Source: a virus
Lineage: Duplodnaviria; Caudoviricetes
Direction: 5' to 3' (one strand)
Virus record (IMG/VR): IMGVR_UViG_3300023179_000027
Span: 32,001 to 96,000 of that record
DNA length: 64,000 bases
Part shown: one piece after another, positions 1 through 9,385 of the stretch
Position numbering within the stretch: position 1 is the stretch's first letter
Layout: each line of letters starts with the position of its first letter
Translations under genes and position numbers: made by a program
The notes under the pieces: generated by a model
Databases searched by the model: none
What the model was told of the DNA's origin: nothing
What the model saw: the letters and a program-made list of their open reading frames with translations, nothing else

Positions 1-772
1 GTTTAGTATAGTATTTTACAGTACCACTAAAATTAAGTTTATTTGCAATTAAGTCTACACAGTCACTTATTTTTCTTGGATCATTTGGCCCAATTGTAAA
101 TATTTCATTATTAAATATAGCATATTTTTCAATTATGGTTAAGTATAAAGTAATTAAATCATCAATATAGATAAAATTTCTATAAGGTTCAGGATATCCT
201 AGATTAACTATTTTTTTAGTAAGCATTTGCGTAATTATTTGTTCAGTGACAAAGTAATCGTTATCATTTCTACCGTAACTATTAGTTTGACGTAAAGCAA
301 CATAAGGCAAACCATATGACCGATTAGCATACTCTAAATATTTTTCACAACCATATTTGGCAACTGCATATGGTGCGTTTGGATTAGGAACTGTAGTTTC
401 ATCAAACGTAATAGGTACAAAATCTAAATTATTTTTTATTTGATCACTTATAGGTTGCCATCCATATACTTCCATTGTACTAGCAAACAAAAAAAAGGGT
501 AACTTTTTACAAAGTCTACAGCTTTCAATTAAATTTACTGTTCCTACATAATTTATTTCACTAAAGGTAACTTGTTCTACAAAACTTTCTTGTACCTCTG
601 TACGAGCAGCCAAATGTACTACAATGTCTGGTTGTAAAGATAAAACTTCTAATTTTACTTTTTCATAATCTCTAAGGTCATTTTTTAAACTTACAGTTTG
701 TCCATATTTATTTAAATATGGAATAAGATTTTTACCTATAAAACCACTTGAGCCTGTAATTAATATTTTCAT
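1..772 (-). CDS. NAD-dependent epimerase/dehydratase (extended SDR), 3' end runs off the window
   Basis: Not in ORF track; manual translation from ATG at 772: MKILITGSSGFIG (GxxGxxG), HLAA, YAVAK (YxxxK), RNFIYIDD. Confidence 0.85.
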   Translation of the reverse strand, partial: MKILITGSSGFIGKNLIPYLNKYGQTVSLKNDLRDYEKVKLEVLSLQPDIVVHLAARTEVQESFVEQVTFSEINYVGTVNLIESCRLCKKLPFFLFASTMEVYGWQPISDQIKNNLDFVPITFDETTVPNPNAPYAVAKYGCEKYLEYANRSYGLPYVALRQTNSYGRNDNDYFVTEQIITQMLTKKIVNLGYPEPYRNFIYIDDLITLYLTIIEKYAIFNNEIFTIGPNDPRKISDCVDLIANKLNFSGTVKYYTK

Positions 773-795
773 TATGCTGTTTTATTAAATAGTAG

Positions 796-1392
796 ATGTT
801 TGAATATATAACAAATTTTGAAAAAATTATTGCTGATTTTTATAATGCACCTTACGCAGTAGCCACAGATTGTTGTACTCACGCTATTGAATTATGTTTA
901 CGGTTGCAAAAAATAAAACAAACCTCTGTTCCTAAGCATACATATTTATCGATACCTATGACTTTAGATAAATTAAACATATATTATGAATGGAGAGATG
1001 ATTATTGGCAAAATTTTTATTATTTTTCTAATACCAATATTATTGATGCAGCAGTATATTGGAAAAAAAATGGATATATTAAAGACACATTTATGTGCTT
1101 AAGTTTTCAACATAAGAAGCATTTAAGTTTGGGTCGAGGAGGTTGCATACTCTTAAGCAATGAACAAGATTATTTAGAATTAATTAAAATGTCATATGAC
1201 GGAAGAAGTCGTGATAAGCCTTGGGCAGAACAAAATGTTACAACAATTGGATACCATTATTACATGACACCTGAAACAGCCTTACTTGGTATTGATAAAT
1301 TTTACCAAATAACAGACATAGTACCAAAATTTTGGTCGTATAATGACTATCCTGATTTATCAAAATTAAAGGTATTTTCACATGTTAAGTAA
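796..1392 (+). CDS. DegT/DnrJ/EryC1/StrS-family PLP aminotransferase, short form
   Basis: TDCCTHAIEL, IIDAA, SFQHKKHL (PLP lysine), GRGGCIL, GYHYYM motifs. Confidence 0.75.
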   Translation: MFEYITNFEKIIADFYNAPYAVATDCCTHAIELCLRLQKIKQTSVPKHTYLSIPMTLDKLNIYYEWRDDYWQNFYYFSNTNIIDAAVYWKKNGYIKDTFMCLSFQHKKHLSLGRGGCILLSNEQDYLELIKMSYDGRSRDKPWAEQNVTTIGYHYYMTPETALLGIDKFYQITDIVPKFWSYNDYPDLSKLKVFSHVK

Positions 1393-2365
1393 AAATGAAT
1401 GGGATCCACTTAAAAAGGTTATTGTTGGTATAGCAGACAATGCTCAAATACCTAAGGATGATATAAGTTTACGTCTAGTAAATTATGCTGATAAAGATGA
1501 TAGCTATATTGTTAAAACAGGATATTATCCTCAACAAGTGATTGATGAAGCAAATGAAGATTTAGAAAAACTAGTGGACGCTCTTAAAAAAGAAAATGTT
1601 GAGGTGTGTAGACCTAATTCTACAGTTGCAAACAATTATTATAATTATTGTCCTAGAGATAGTGTATTAGTTTATGATGATTTAATACTTGCGACTCCAC
1701 AGCCATTACGTGCTAGACAAAATGAGTATATATCAATGGATAGCATATTTACTAGTTATAACAATGTTCGTTATGTTAAAAAAAATGCAAAGAAGTTAGA
1801 TAGTTTATATAATAAAAATTGTATCGGTAATAAAGACATACTCGCACTTAATGAAACCGAACCATGCTTTGATGCTGCAAATATAATTAGAGATAATGAT
1901 AATTTATATTATTTAGTGAGCAACAGTGGGAATGAAGCAGGTGCTGATTACCTACAAGAGTTAGTAGGTAGTAACAAAAAGGTTTACAAGATAAAAGGAA
2001 TATATGCATATATGCATATTGACAGTACCATTACATTATTACGTGAAGGGTTAATGTTATTAAATCCAAGTAGAGTAAAAAGTTTAGAACAATTACCTAA
2101 ACCGTTACAATCATGGGATGTAATTTGGTGTCCTACCCCACAGTTTGAATATCATTATCCACAATACTGTCATGCTAGTGTATGGATAAATGTTAATTTA
2201 TTAAGTATTAATCCCAATTTGGTTGTCATACATGAAAATGAAACAAATTTACGGAAAGAGTTAAATAAGCACAATATTGATTGTGTAATGTTACCAGGTA
2301 GGCATCAAAGAACTTTGGGTGGTGGATTTCATTGTGTTACATTAGATTTAGAGAGAAAACATTAA
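1382..2365 (+). CDS. Amidinotransferase (glycine/inosamine-phosphate amidinotransferase family)
   Basis: NEWDPLKKVIVG, CPRD, FDAA, HIDST and GGGFHCVTLDL (catalytic Asp/His/Cys). Confidence 0.9.
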   Translation: MLSKNEWDPLKKVIVGIADNAQIPKDDISLRLVNYADKDDSYIVKTGYYPQQVIDEANEDLEKLVDALKKENVEVCRPNSTVANNYYNYCPRDSVLVYDDLILATPQPLRARQNEYISMDSIFTSYNNVRYVKKNAKKLDSLYNKNCIGNKDILALNETEPCFDAANIIRDNDNLYYLVSNSGNEAGADYLQELVGSNKKVYKIKGIYAYMHIDSTITLLREGLMLLNPSRVKSLEQLPKPLQSWDVIWCPTPQFEYHYPQYCHASVWINVNLLSINPNLVVIHENETNLRKELNKHNIDCVMLPGRHQRTLGGGFHCVTLDLERKH

Positions 2366-4189
2366 TTAAATCACTGTAATTTTGTTTTTTAACAATCCTA
2401 GTCTTCTAAATCTGTAATAATTCCAAGTTAATGATTTTGTTTTATGTAACTCTCTTGGAGCTACTTTAATATCAATATTTTTATCATATACTTCTGTCAA
2501 TGTGAAATCTGTATTAATAATTACAGGAAAGTCTAGTTTAGGATCATAAATGTAATATTTTTGCAATTCATATATATGGTCAGGGGTTTTAAAAAATTCA
2601 TTAGCAACATCTTTAGCCAAATCAAATATTAATTCTTTATTATCATATAAAAATTCATATGTTGAAGTATGTAAGGCATGTCCTCCACCTTGTATCTGTT
2701 TTCCATCTTTTTTAATTATACTGCCTGAACTCAAATACAATGCAGTTGCTTCTTTGAGTAAGTTAAATTGGTCCTTTATAAAGCTATTTTCTAATTTTGT
2801 AAATAATTTGTCATAAAATTGTCTATACGATACGTTGTGTTTTTCTCTCATATAACGTGCAAATACCTGTGTATAACCTGTAATATGAAATTGTATTATC
2901 ATCCATCCATACATGTATGCTTCAATAAAATCATCTGTTGTCATTGTACTAGTTTGATTTATCAAATTTATTTTTTCTTCTACCTCAGGATCCTCAGGAC
3001 ATTTATCTACATACATTGGCATATAATTTTTAAAATTTGTAGTAACACTTTTAATTCCATATTTAAGTTTTGAATTTAATGAATTTAACTCACTATTTTC
3101 TAGTAATTGTCCAAACCATTGTTCAATATTTTGGTGTTGACCCATTTCTAATATATCATTATATCCCTGTTTCCATGAATCCAGTGTTTCAAGTGGCATA
3201 CCCAATATTAATTCAGTATAGGTTATAACATCATATTTTTCACTTAATTTCATTAAAGTTTTAATGTTATTAATTTCCATGTTGGTTCTTTTGATTGCTT
3301 CTAATGTAGATTCATTCATACTTTGCATACTAATAGTAAGTCCCCTACTATAGGGACCTATTATTTTTGCTATTTCAAAATTTAATTCAGTAGAATTTTT
3401 TGCTGACTGCAAGTTTATACTGTCAACTGTTTTGCTTCTATCCGCTACATCCCTTAAAATTAGTGCAATTTGCCTATCACGTTCTTTAAAAATTCCGAAA
3501 TTTGCATCAGCACATATTATGTATCCAATTGGCTTATTTACAATCCATTCTAATTCATTTTTAATTTTTTCAATATCAAATTTTTTTACTTTACTATAAG
3601 TTACGCCTCCCCAATCACAAAACGTACAAGCATAAGGACATCCTCTATTAGTCTCAAATGTAAAGCTCCATAATGCTTTAGGATTTTCATCTATTATTTT
3701 GTCAAACACCCCTGTTGTATATGGACTGGGGATATCTAAATTATCTAATCTTTTCTTGTCATAAAATGTTTTTAATTTTTTATCTGATATGGTATCACGT
3801 AATATTTCTAAAAAGTTTTCTTCACCTTCTGCCATTACTATGCTGTCAATAAATTCATAGTTTAATAGTTTTCCACTAGCTTGCGGTCCACCAAAAATGA
3901 TTCTACAATTAGGAAATTTTTCCTTAATCATTTTTGCCATTTTTAAATTATATCTTTCATTCCAAATATAAGTGCTAAAACCACAAAGTGTAGGATTTTC
4001 TACTTTATTTAAAACTTCTATTGGATTATCTCTTGCATAAAATAAGTCTTTTAGGATAAAATTATCTTTAATGTCATCAAACTGATTAGCGTAAGACCAT
4101 ATGCATCCAGAACTATATGGTAACCAATAAGTATCTTCATTGTCGATTGTTACATTATGTTGTGGCTGAAAAAGATATAAATTTTTCAT
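2366..4189 (-). CDS. B12-binding-domain radical SAM protein
   Basis: N-terminal GFSTYIWN/IFGGP/GEGE domain; ETNRGCPYACTFCDWG (CxxxCxxC). Confidence 0.85.
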   Translation of the reverse strand: MKNLYLFQPQHNVTIDNEDTYWLPYSSGCIWSYANQFDDIKDNFILKDLFYARDNPIEVLNKVENPTLCGFSTYIWNERYNLKMAKMIKEKFPNCRIIFGGPQASGKLLNYEFIDSIVMAEGEENFLEILRDTISDKKLKTFYDKKRLDNLDIPSPYTTGVFDKIIDENPKALWSFTFETNRGCPYACTFCDWGGVTYSKVKKFDIEKIKNELEWIVNKPIGYIICADANFGIFKERDRQIALILRDVADRSKTVDSINLQSAKNSTELNFEIAKIIGPYSRGLTISMQSMNESTLEAIKRTNMEINNIKTLMKLSEKYDVITYTELILGMPLETLDSWKQGYNDILEMGQHQNIEQWFGQLLENSELNSLNSKLKYGIKSVTTNFKNYMPMYVDKCPEDPEVEEKINLINQTSTMTTDDFIEAYMYGWMIIQFHITGYTQVFARYMREKHNVSYRQFYDKLFTKLENSFIKDQFNLLKEATALYLSSGSIIKKDGKQIQGGGHALHTSTYEFLYDNKELIFDLAKDVANEFFKTPDHIYELQKYYIYDPKLDFPVIINTDFTLTEVYDKNIDIKVAPRELHKTKSLTWNYYRFRRLGLLKNKITVI

Positions 4190-4194
4190 AAAAG

Positions 4195-5154
4195 TTATTT
4201 ATATTTGGGGATTTTACTATCCGCTGAACTAACGCATCTTTGAGTAATGCATTTTGTTGGGTGTTGAAATAAAATAAAATCTTTTAAAGTTCCCATTGGG
4301 ATGTCCTTACAACTATAACTACGTCTTACCTCATTCAATCTTATTACCAAACTTTGATACCCACTATTACAATTCCAATCTTTAAATTGATTAAAATTAA
4401 ATGCATTAAATCGTTCAGCCTGATCTATATAATAAACGTTATGTTGTTCATCATATAATTTTACTTGTAAAAGTTCTTTATCATTAATTTTTTGAGGTAA
4501 GCCTGATTTCATAATATTTATCATATCCTCTGTATACTCTGTAATTACATTACTAGCTGTTAAATCACTCTGTGGCTTAAGAGTAACGTTTATTCCTTGT
4601 TCACTAAATCTTAAACATCTTTCATAAAGTTCATAAAACAATTTTGGTACCATTACCTGATTTACAGTAACAAATACATTATTATTCATTAACCATAATA
4701 TTTTTTCTATAAATTCTGACTCAATTGCAAATTCATGATGAAAGCTTGCTGTCAAACTACGTCTAATAGAATTTTTAGTTAATTCAACATATTTGTTCCA
4801 ATACTGTAATCCTGGACTTAAGTTTGTTGTCATATGTATACTATCTCCATCTATTTCTTTTAACAAATAAAACAAATGTTTATAGGCTGTAGGTTCACCA
4901 CCGCTGAATGACCAATGGAATTTTGTAAATTTATTTTCTTTTGCCAAATGTTTAATTTTAGCTATAGTGTTTATGTATAAGTCTAATTCTTGATAATCGG
5001 GAATATCGGCATGTGCATATGGCCAACAGTAGGAACAATTATAATTACAAAATCGTCCTAATATCCAACTTATTGTAAATAAATCTGTATCAAGTAAAGT
5101 TTCTTGCCCAAATTTTATAATTTTATTAAATGGGATTTTCGTAAAATCTGTCAT
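4195..5154 (-). CDS. Radical SAM protein with C-terminal Cys (SPASM/twitch-like) motif
   Basis: CNYNCSYC, SGGEPT, C-terminal CNSG...C...C...C. Confidence 0.85.
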   Translation of the reverse strand: MTDFTKIPFNKIIKFGQETLLDTDLFTISWILGRFCNYNCSYCWPYAHADIPDYQELDLYINTIAKIKHLAKENKFTKFHWSFSGGEPTAYKHLFYLLKEIDGDSIHMTTNLSPGLQYWNKYVELTKNSIRRSLTASFHHEFAIESEFIEKILWLMNNNVFVTVNQVMVPKLFYELYERCLRFSEQGINVTLKPQSDLTASNVITEYTEDMINIMKSGLPQKINDKELLQVKLYDEQHNVYYIDQAERFNAFNFNQFKDWNCNSGYQSLVIRLNEVRRSYSCKDIPMGTLKDFILFQHPTKCITQRCVSSADSKIPKYK

Positions 5155-6688
5155 ATTGTTCTTTTAACCAATCATAGTCATTAATTAACATCAATTTTTC
5201 TTTATTATTTTTATTGGCTAAACCGTAAGACCTACCGTATAAAGCACCATCAATACAATATTTGCCAAATGGTTTATCAAGTCCTTTTGTACACCAAACG
5301 TGTAAACGTTCTGCTGTGTCTAAGGTATTTTGGTTATTTATTTGCTCACTTGCCAATTTACTACATTCTCTAAAAGCACTTCTCCATGTATTAAAGGAAT
5401 TAGTATTAAATTTAGTTATATTACTTAATTCATTTACTCGCTCATAAATTATTCCTAAACTTGTGGACATGTCAGGATCAGTTTTTTTTAACCTTGCTGT
5501 AATAGTCCTAGGTAAAAGTTTAACTGCACCATATCCATATTCTAGATCATTAATGCAATTTTTAGCTCTCCACACTCTTATTTTAGGTTGGTCATAAAAC
5601 GGCACTTTATAATCAAAATTAAATGAATCTAGTATTTCTGCATCTCCATCCACTACATAAAAATAATCTGTTTTACATAACATAGCAGCTTTTATATGAG
5701 CATTGTGTATGCCTTTTACTTTTTGAATACGCAGTGCTCTAGGAAATCTTTTTGTAAGATGTTTATAATTTTCATCAGCAAAGGTTTCATCGTAGTCTAT
5801 GAAAACAATGTCGTAAGGTATGTCATCAGGACAACGTAATATAGGTTTTACTTGGTGTTTATAATTAAAACTTTCATTTACAGAATAAACATCATCTACT
5901 ATATCTTTATCCAATAGTATGTTTATTTTATTACCTAATTCATTACATAATTCTAATAGATTAGTAGAATAATTTTTCATGTGAAATAATGAATTTAAAT
6001 AATCAAAATCGTGTAAATTTTTTAAATCAAAATTTATTAGGCTTTTATAAACTCCCAATCGAGCTCCATAAATTGCAAATAATCCATTTTCTACATCCGC
6101 TCCAATATGCATCCAGTTATATAATCTATCAAAATTTCTCCAGTCTAGGCTATTCAGGTCTGAAATAAGTTTTCCATTCTCAAGCAACAACTTGACTCCC
6201 TCACGAAAACCTGCACGCCATGCTTGTAAAGGACTTGAATTAATAATAATATCACTGGCAATATGGTTTAACTGTATATAATTACTTAAATCAAAATCTA
6301 CTAATGTACTTAAATCATTACTATTTTCATGTGTTTTCATCGTCCTAATAATTTTAAGAGGCCAACATTTTATACCACCGTTACCATACTGTTGTCCATT
6401 AATGATATTGTGTGCAGTAAAACTTACAACTTTATCATTATAATTGTTTACAAGATATTTTTGTTTATAAAAATCATCTCTAACAAAATTATCTCCATCT
6501 ACTATAATGACGTGGCTATCGCTAGGAAATAAGGCAGCAACTTTTTTATGTGCGGCGTCACTGCCTTTTATACCATGTACTCTTTTGGCCTTTGGACATA
6601 CTAATAATAAATTTTCAAAGTTTTTTTCACAGTTAGGTTCATCATAACTTAAAAATACAGTCTGATAATTATTGGGATCTAAAAACAT
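5126..6688 (-). CDS. Tandem-duplicated glycosyltransferase-like protein
   Basis: Two homologous halves, each with VF(L/I)xYDE, GI.xAH, VDGD (DxD), YGxGx(I/V)K and WRx(G/A)FRE motifs. Confidence 0.6.
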   Translation of the reverse strand: MFLDPNNYQTVFLSYDEPNCEKNFENLLLVCPKAKRVHGIKGSDAAHKKVAALFPSDSHVIIVDGDNFVRDDFYKQKYLVNNYNDKVVSFTAHNIINGQQYGNGGIKCWPLKIIRTMKTHENSNDLSTLVDFDLSNYIQLNHIASDIIINSSPLQAWRAGFREGVKLLLENGKLISDLNSLDWRNFDRLYNWMHIGADVENGLFAIYGARLGVYKSLINFDLKNLHDFDYLNSLFHMKNYSTNLLELCNELGNKINILLDKDIVDDVYSVNESFNYKHQVKPILRCPDDIPYDIVFIDYDETFADENYKHLTKRFPRALRIQKVKGIHNAHIKAAMLCKTDYFYVVDGDAEILDSFNFDYKVPFYDQPKIRVWRAKNCINDLEYGYGAVKLLPRTITARLKKTDPDMSTSLGIIYERVNELSNITKFNTNSFNTWRSAFRECSKLASEQINNQNTLDTAERLHVWCTKGLDKPFGKYCIDGALYGRSYGLANKNNKEKLMLINDYDWLKEQYDRFYENPI

Positions 6689-6724
6689 TTATTATTTATA
6701 TTCATATTTTGGGAAAAAATAAAC

Positions 6725-6771
6725 TTGTTTTTTATTTAAAAATACTATATTATTATGAATAGGAATAAATA
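6725..6771 (+). promoter_or_regulatory. Candidate promoter(s) for the leader/tRNA transcript
   Basis: TTGTTT(6725)-17nt-TATTAT(6748) weak sigma70 match; TAAATA late-type motif at 6766-6771. Confidence 0.4.
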
Positions 6772-6778
6772 AAATACT

Positions 6779-6904
6779 ATGATGAATACCTACTTGAAAA
6801 TAAATTTATGTCATTGGTTTAATGCCAATGAATCCTTTGCGCCAGTAAACTCATCAAGTATCCAGCGCACACAGTTAAATAGAGGATACCTGGGGATTAG
6901 GTAA
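6779..6904 (+). CDS. Putative attenuator leader peptide, 41 aa (MMNTYLKINLCHWFNANESFAPVNSSSIQRTQLNRGYLGIR)
   Basis: Open frame below the ORF-track cutoff; 19 of 20 amino acids; 3' end complementary to the terminator 5' arm. Confidence 0.6.
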   Translation: MMNTYLKINLCHWFNANESFAPVNSSSIQRTQLNRGYLGIR

Positions 6905-6923
6905 AACTAGAAAAGTTAAATCT

Positions 6924-6957
6924 AAACCCTGGGAAACTTAAAAACCCAGGGTTTTTT
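6924..6957 (+). terminator. Intrinsic terminator / attenuator hairpin
   Basis: (AAA)CCCTGGG 6924-6933 / CCCAGGG(TTT) 6945-6954, U-tract 6952-6957. Confidence 0.8.
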
Positions 6958-6976
6958 GTTTTATAATAGGAGAAAT

Positions 6977-7144
6977 ATGAAGGTTGACAGTAATTATGAA
7001 ATTGATGTAGAGTACGGTTTCTTTGATGAATTTGATTTTACAGAGCCATTAACAGAGGAACAGTACAGTATGCTTATTGAACGAAAGTTGAATATAGCGA
7101 AATTCTATCATACATTGGATCAGAATAGATTTAAAATATTATGA
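6977..7144 (+). CDS. Small acidic hypothetical protein
   Basis: AGGAG at 6968-6972 before ATG 6977; 55 aa. Confidence 0.55.
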   Translation: MKVDSNYEIDVEYGFFDEFDFTEPLTEEQYSMLIERKLNIAKFYHTLDQNRFKIL

Positions 7145-7145
7145 T

Positions 7146-7328
7146 AGTAGTGTATAAGGTAACGAGGGCCAAGAAACAGCACTATAAAATTGTTTCAAAC
7201 GGGCGGACAGTATACATGAAATTTGCGGAGGTAACGCACAAAGTAAGACTGCTGATTGGGGCATGACCCCAATATGCCGTGTTTAAACACGGCATTCTAA
7301 AATGTATCAAGATATATTTTGGAATGCC
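7146..7328 (+). ncRNA. Candidate structured ncRNA upstream of the first tRNA
   Basis: GC-enriched, no ORF; several helices, a possible pseudoknot, a 22-nt palindrome and an ~17-bp hairpin. Confidence 0.5.
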
Positions 7329-7353
7329 TGTTTATCTAGTAAATATAATCAGT

Positions 7354-7428
7354 TGGAGGTTCGCCAAGTGGTAAGGCCCCGGATTTTGATTCCGGTATGC
7401 ATAGGTTCGAATCCTATACCTCCTGCCA
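7354..7428 (+). tRNA. tRNA-Gln(TTG)
   Basis: Cloverleaf; CCGGA-TT-TTG-AT-TCCGG; TTCGAAT; encoded CCA. Confidence 0.95.
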
Positions 7429-7431
7429 AAT

Positions 7432-7506
7432 GCTGATGTAGATCAGTGGTAGATCGCTTTCTTGGTAAGAAAGAAGTCGTGAGTTCAAATCTCGCCATCA
7501 GCACCA
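7432..7506 (+). tRNA. tRNA-Thr(GGT)
   Basis: CTTTC-TT-GGT-AA-GAAAG; encoded CCA. Confidence 0.95.
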
Positions 7507-7518
7507 AACAAATTAACC

Positions 7519-8742
7519 ATGTATAATAGATTTGACATTATAGACTTTCAAGTGATTTATGATAAATGGATGGCTAATACCAACCCATTTAATGTTTACA
7601 TACACAGCCCCTTTTGTCAGTCAATTTGTAAGTTTTGTATCTATAAAGGGTTGAAGTACAACAATACTTTATTTGAACAATACTACGATCATTACCTACC
7701 TAAGGTAGTTGATATGTACAGTAACATTTTAGATACTAAAACTAATTTAATTACTAGTTGGTTTTTTGGTGGTGGTACACCGTCATTAATGACAGCTAGT
7801 ATGGCAGATATGTTATTTGATTCTTTACCAAACTTTGCTAATCATCCTAGTGAAAAGGTTTTTGAAATACACCCTGGTGCATACACTGTTGAACTTTTAG
7901 ATGTGCTTAAAAAATACAATTTTACAACTGTAATCATTTGCCAACAAACATTTGATATAGGCACATTAAAACGTCAAAATAGAACTGTATCAGGTATTGA
8001 TACATGTAAAAAGTTGTTTAAGGAGTGCAGAAAACGTGGATTTAAAATAGGATTAGACTTAATAGCTTTTTTAAATCAGCAACCGACTGACATACAAATC
8101 CTACAAAATGATTTAGATATTGTCAGTCAACTTAAACCTGATGAAATTAGTGTACAAACTTTGTATCAGCGTAAAGATTTGACAAGAATGGTTTTGGATT
8201 CTATCTTTAATCATAAACTCATCAAACACTATACTCCTGAATGGGCTGATAAATTGTCAAAAGATGATTTACTTGTTATCAATCAACAATTAAAATGTTT
8301 TAGGTTATTTAATAATAAGACACCTAAAAACAATGAATTTTATAGTTTTACTGGTAATATGGATCCGAATTGGCAAATTTTAAACAATCAATTACAAACA
8401 CTAGCTATTGGTTCTTATAAGAACCAATTGACACAAACACATTCAAACATTAGTGGTTTTAATTACTTTGAGACAAATATTAATAATATTGATCCAGTAT
8501 TTAAGTTTGTCACAAATGACCTAGAGCAAGAAAAGTTATATGTACAAAATGTTCTTAAAGAAGCAAACATTGTTAAATCTGTAGACGATATTGTTTATAG
8601 TCATAGTTTTATCTATGCAAGAGAGATACCTATTATGTTAGATTTTAGTGTACGTAATCTAAATGAACAAGAAGTAGATAATATTATAAAAAAGATACAT
8701 AATAAAAAAAGAATGATGTTAAAAAAATTTAAGGAGAATTAA
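7519..8742 (+). CDS. HemN/HemW-like radical SAM protein
   Basis: VYIHSPFCQSICKFC, FGGGTPS. Confidence 0.8.
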   Translation: MYNRFDIIDFQVIYDKWMANTNPFNVYIHSPFCQSICKFCIYKGLKYNNTLFEQYYDHYLPKVVDMYSNILDTKTNLITSWFFGGGTPSLMTASMADMLFDSLPNFANHPSEKVFEIHPGAYTVELLDVLKKYNFTTVIICQQTFDIGTLKRQNRTVSGIDTCKKLFKECRKRGFKIGLDLIAFLNQQPTDIQILQNDLDIVSQLKPDEISVQTLYQRKDLTRMVLDSIFNHKLIKHYTPEWADKLSKDDLLVINQQLKCFRLFNNKTPKNNEFYSFTGNMDPNWQILNNQLQTLAIGSYKNQLTQTHSNISGFNYFETNINNIDPVFKFVTNDLEQEKLYVQNVLKEANIVKSVDDIVYSHSFIYAREIPIMLDFSVRNLNEQEVDNIIKKIHNKKRMMLKKFKEN

Positions 8743-8892
8743 ATGTACAAATATAAATTATGGGTAAAAATAAATGATTTTCAAACTGCCGAAACGATTG
8801 TTTATGCAAATAATGACTTTGAAGCAAAAATGTTAGGTGAAGCACAATATGGTCAAGGTAATGTATTAAATTACACAAGACTATCAGATTAA
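8743..8892 (+). CDS. Small hypothetical protein (49 aa)
   Basis: AAGGAG RBS; MYKYKLWVKINDFQTAETIVYANNDFEAKMLGEAQYGQGNVLNYTRLSD; resembles 61108-61254. Confidence 0.65.
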   Translation: MYKYKLWVKINDFQTAETIVYANNDFEAKMLGEAQYGQGNVLNYTRLSD

Positions 8893-8900
8893 AATACAAC

Positions 8901-8975
8901 TCCAGATTAGCTCAGTGGTAGAGCACTGTTTTGATAAAGCAGGGGTCGGTGGATCATTCCCACCATCTGGAACCA
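8901..8975 (+). tRNA. tRNA-Ile(GAT), atypical T-loop
   Basis: CTGTT-TT-GAT-AA-AGCAG; T-loop ATCATTC; CCA. Confidence 0.9.
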
Positions 8976-8979
8976 ATAT

Positions 8980-9055
8980 GCCTCTTAAGCTAATCTAGTG
9001 AAAGCGCTGGTCTGAAGAACCAGATAGTCAGGAGCGTAACCTGGAGGAGGCCCCA
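8980..9055 (+). tRNA. tRNA-Phe(GAA), atypical T-loop
   Basis: CTGGT-CT-GAA-GA-ACCAG; T-loop AGCGTAA; A8; CCA. Confidence 0.85.
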
Positions 9056-9056
9056 T

Positions 9057-9329
9057 TTAATTTTCATCTTTGACTTTACCCCAACCTGATTTGGCACGTA
9101 TAGCAAATGCAAGTTCACGCATACGACCGTATTCAGGACTACCTTTTTTATGAGGGCCACTTGATTTTAGTTGGTTATAGCTTTTTAGTAATTCTTGTTT
9201 AGATTTACCCTTGTACTTACCTTTTTCTTCAGGACTTACTACAGTAGGCTTGCCCCATTTCTCATTGATTTGTGTAACAGCTTCATTTATTATGTTTAAA
9301 TATCTACGTAGTAGATCTGGGTTATGCAT
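9057..9329 (-). CDS. Basic hypothetical protein, possibly virion-associated
   Basis: ORF with AAGGAG RBS and upstream TAAATA; N-terminal LRRYLNIINE motif. Confidence 0.6.
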   Translation of the reverse strand: MHNPDLLRRYLNIINEAVTQINEKWGKPTVVSPEEKGKYKGKSKQELLKSYNQLKSSGPHKKGSPEYGRMRELAFAIRAKSGWGKVKDEN

Positions 9330-9385
9330 AATTACTCCTTTGTAAATATGTATATGTATTTAATAATAAAAAGGTGTACTTAAGT

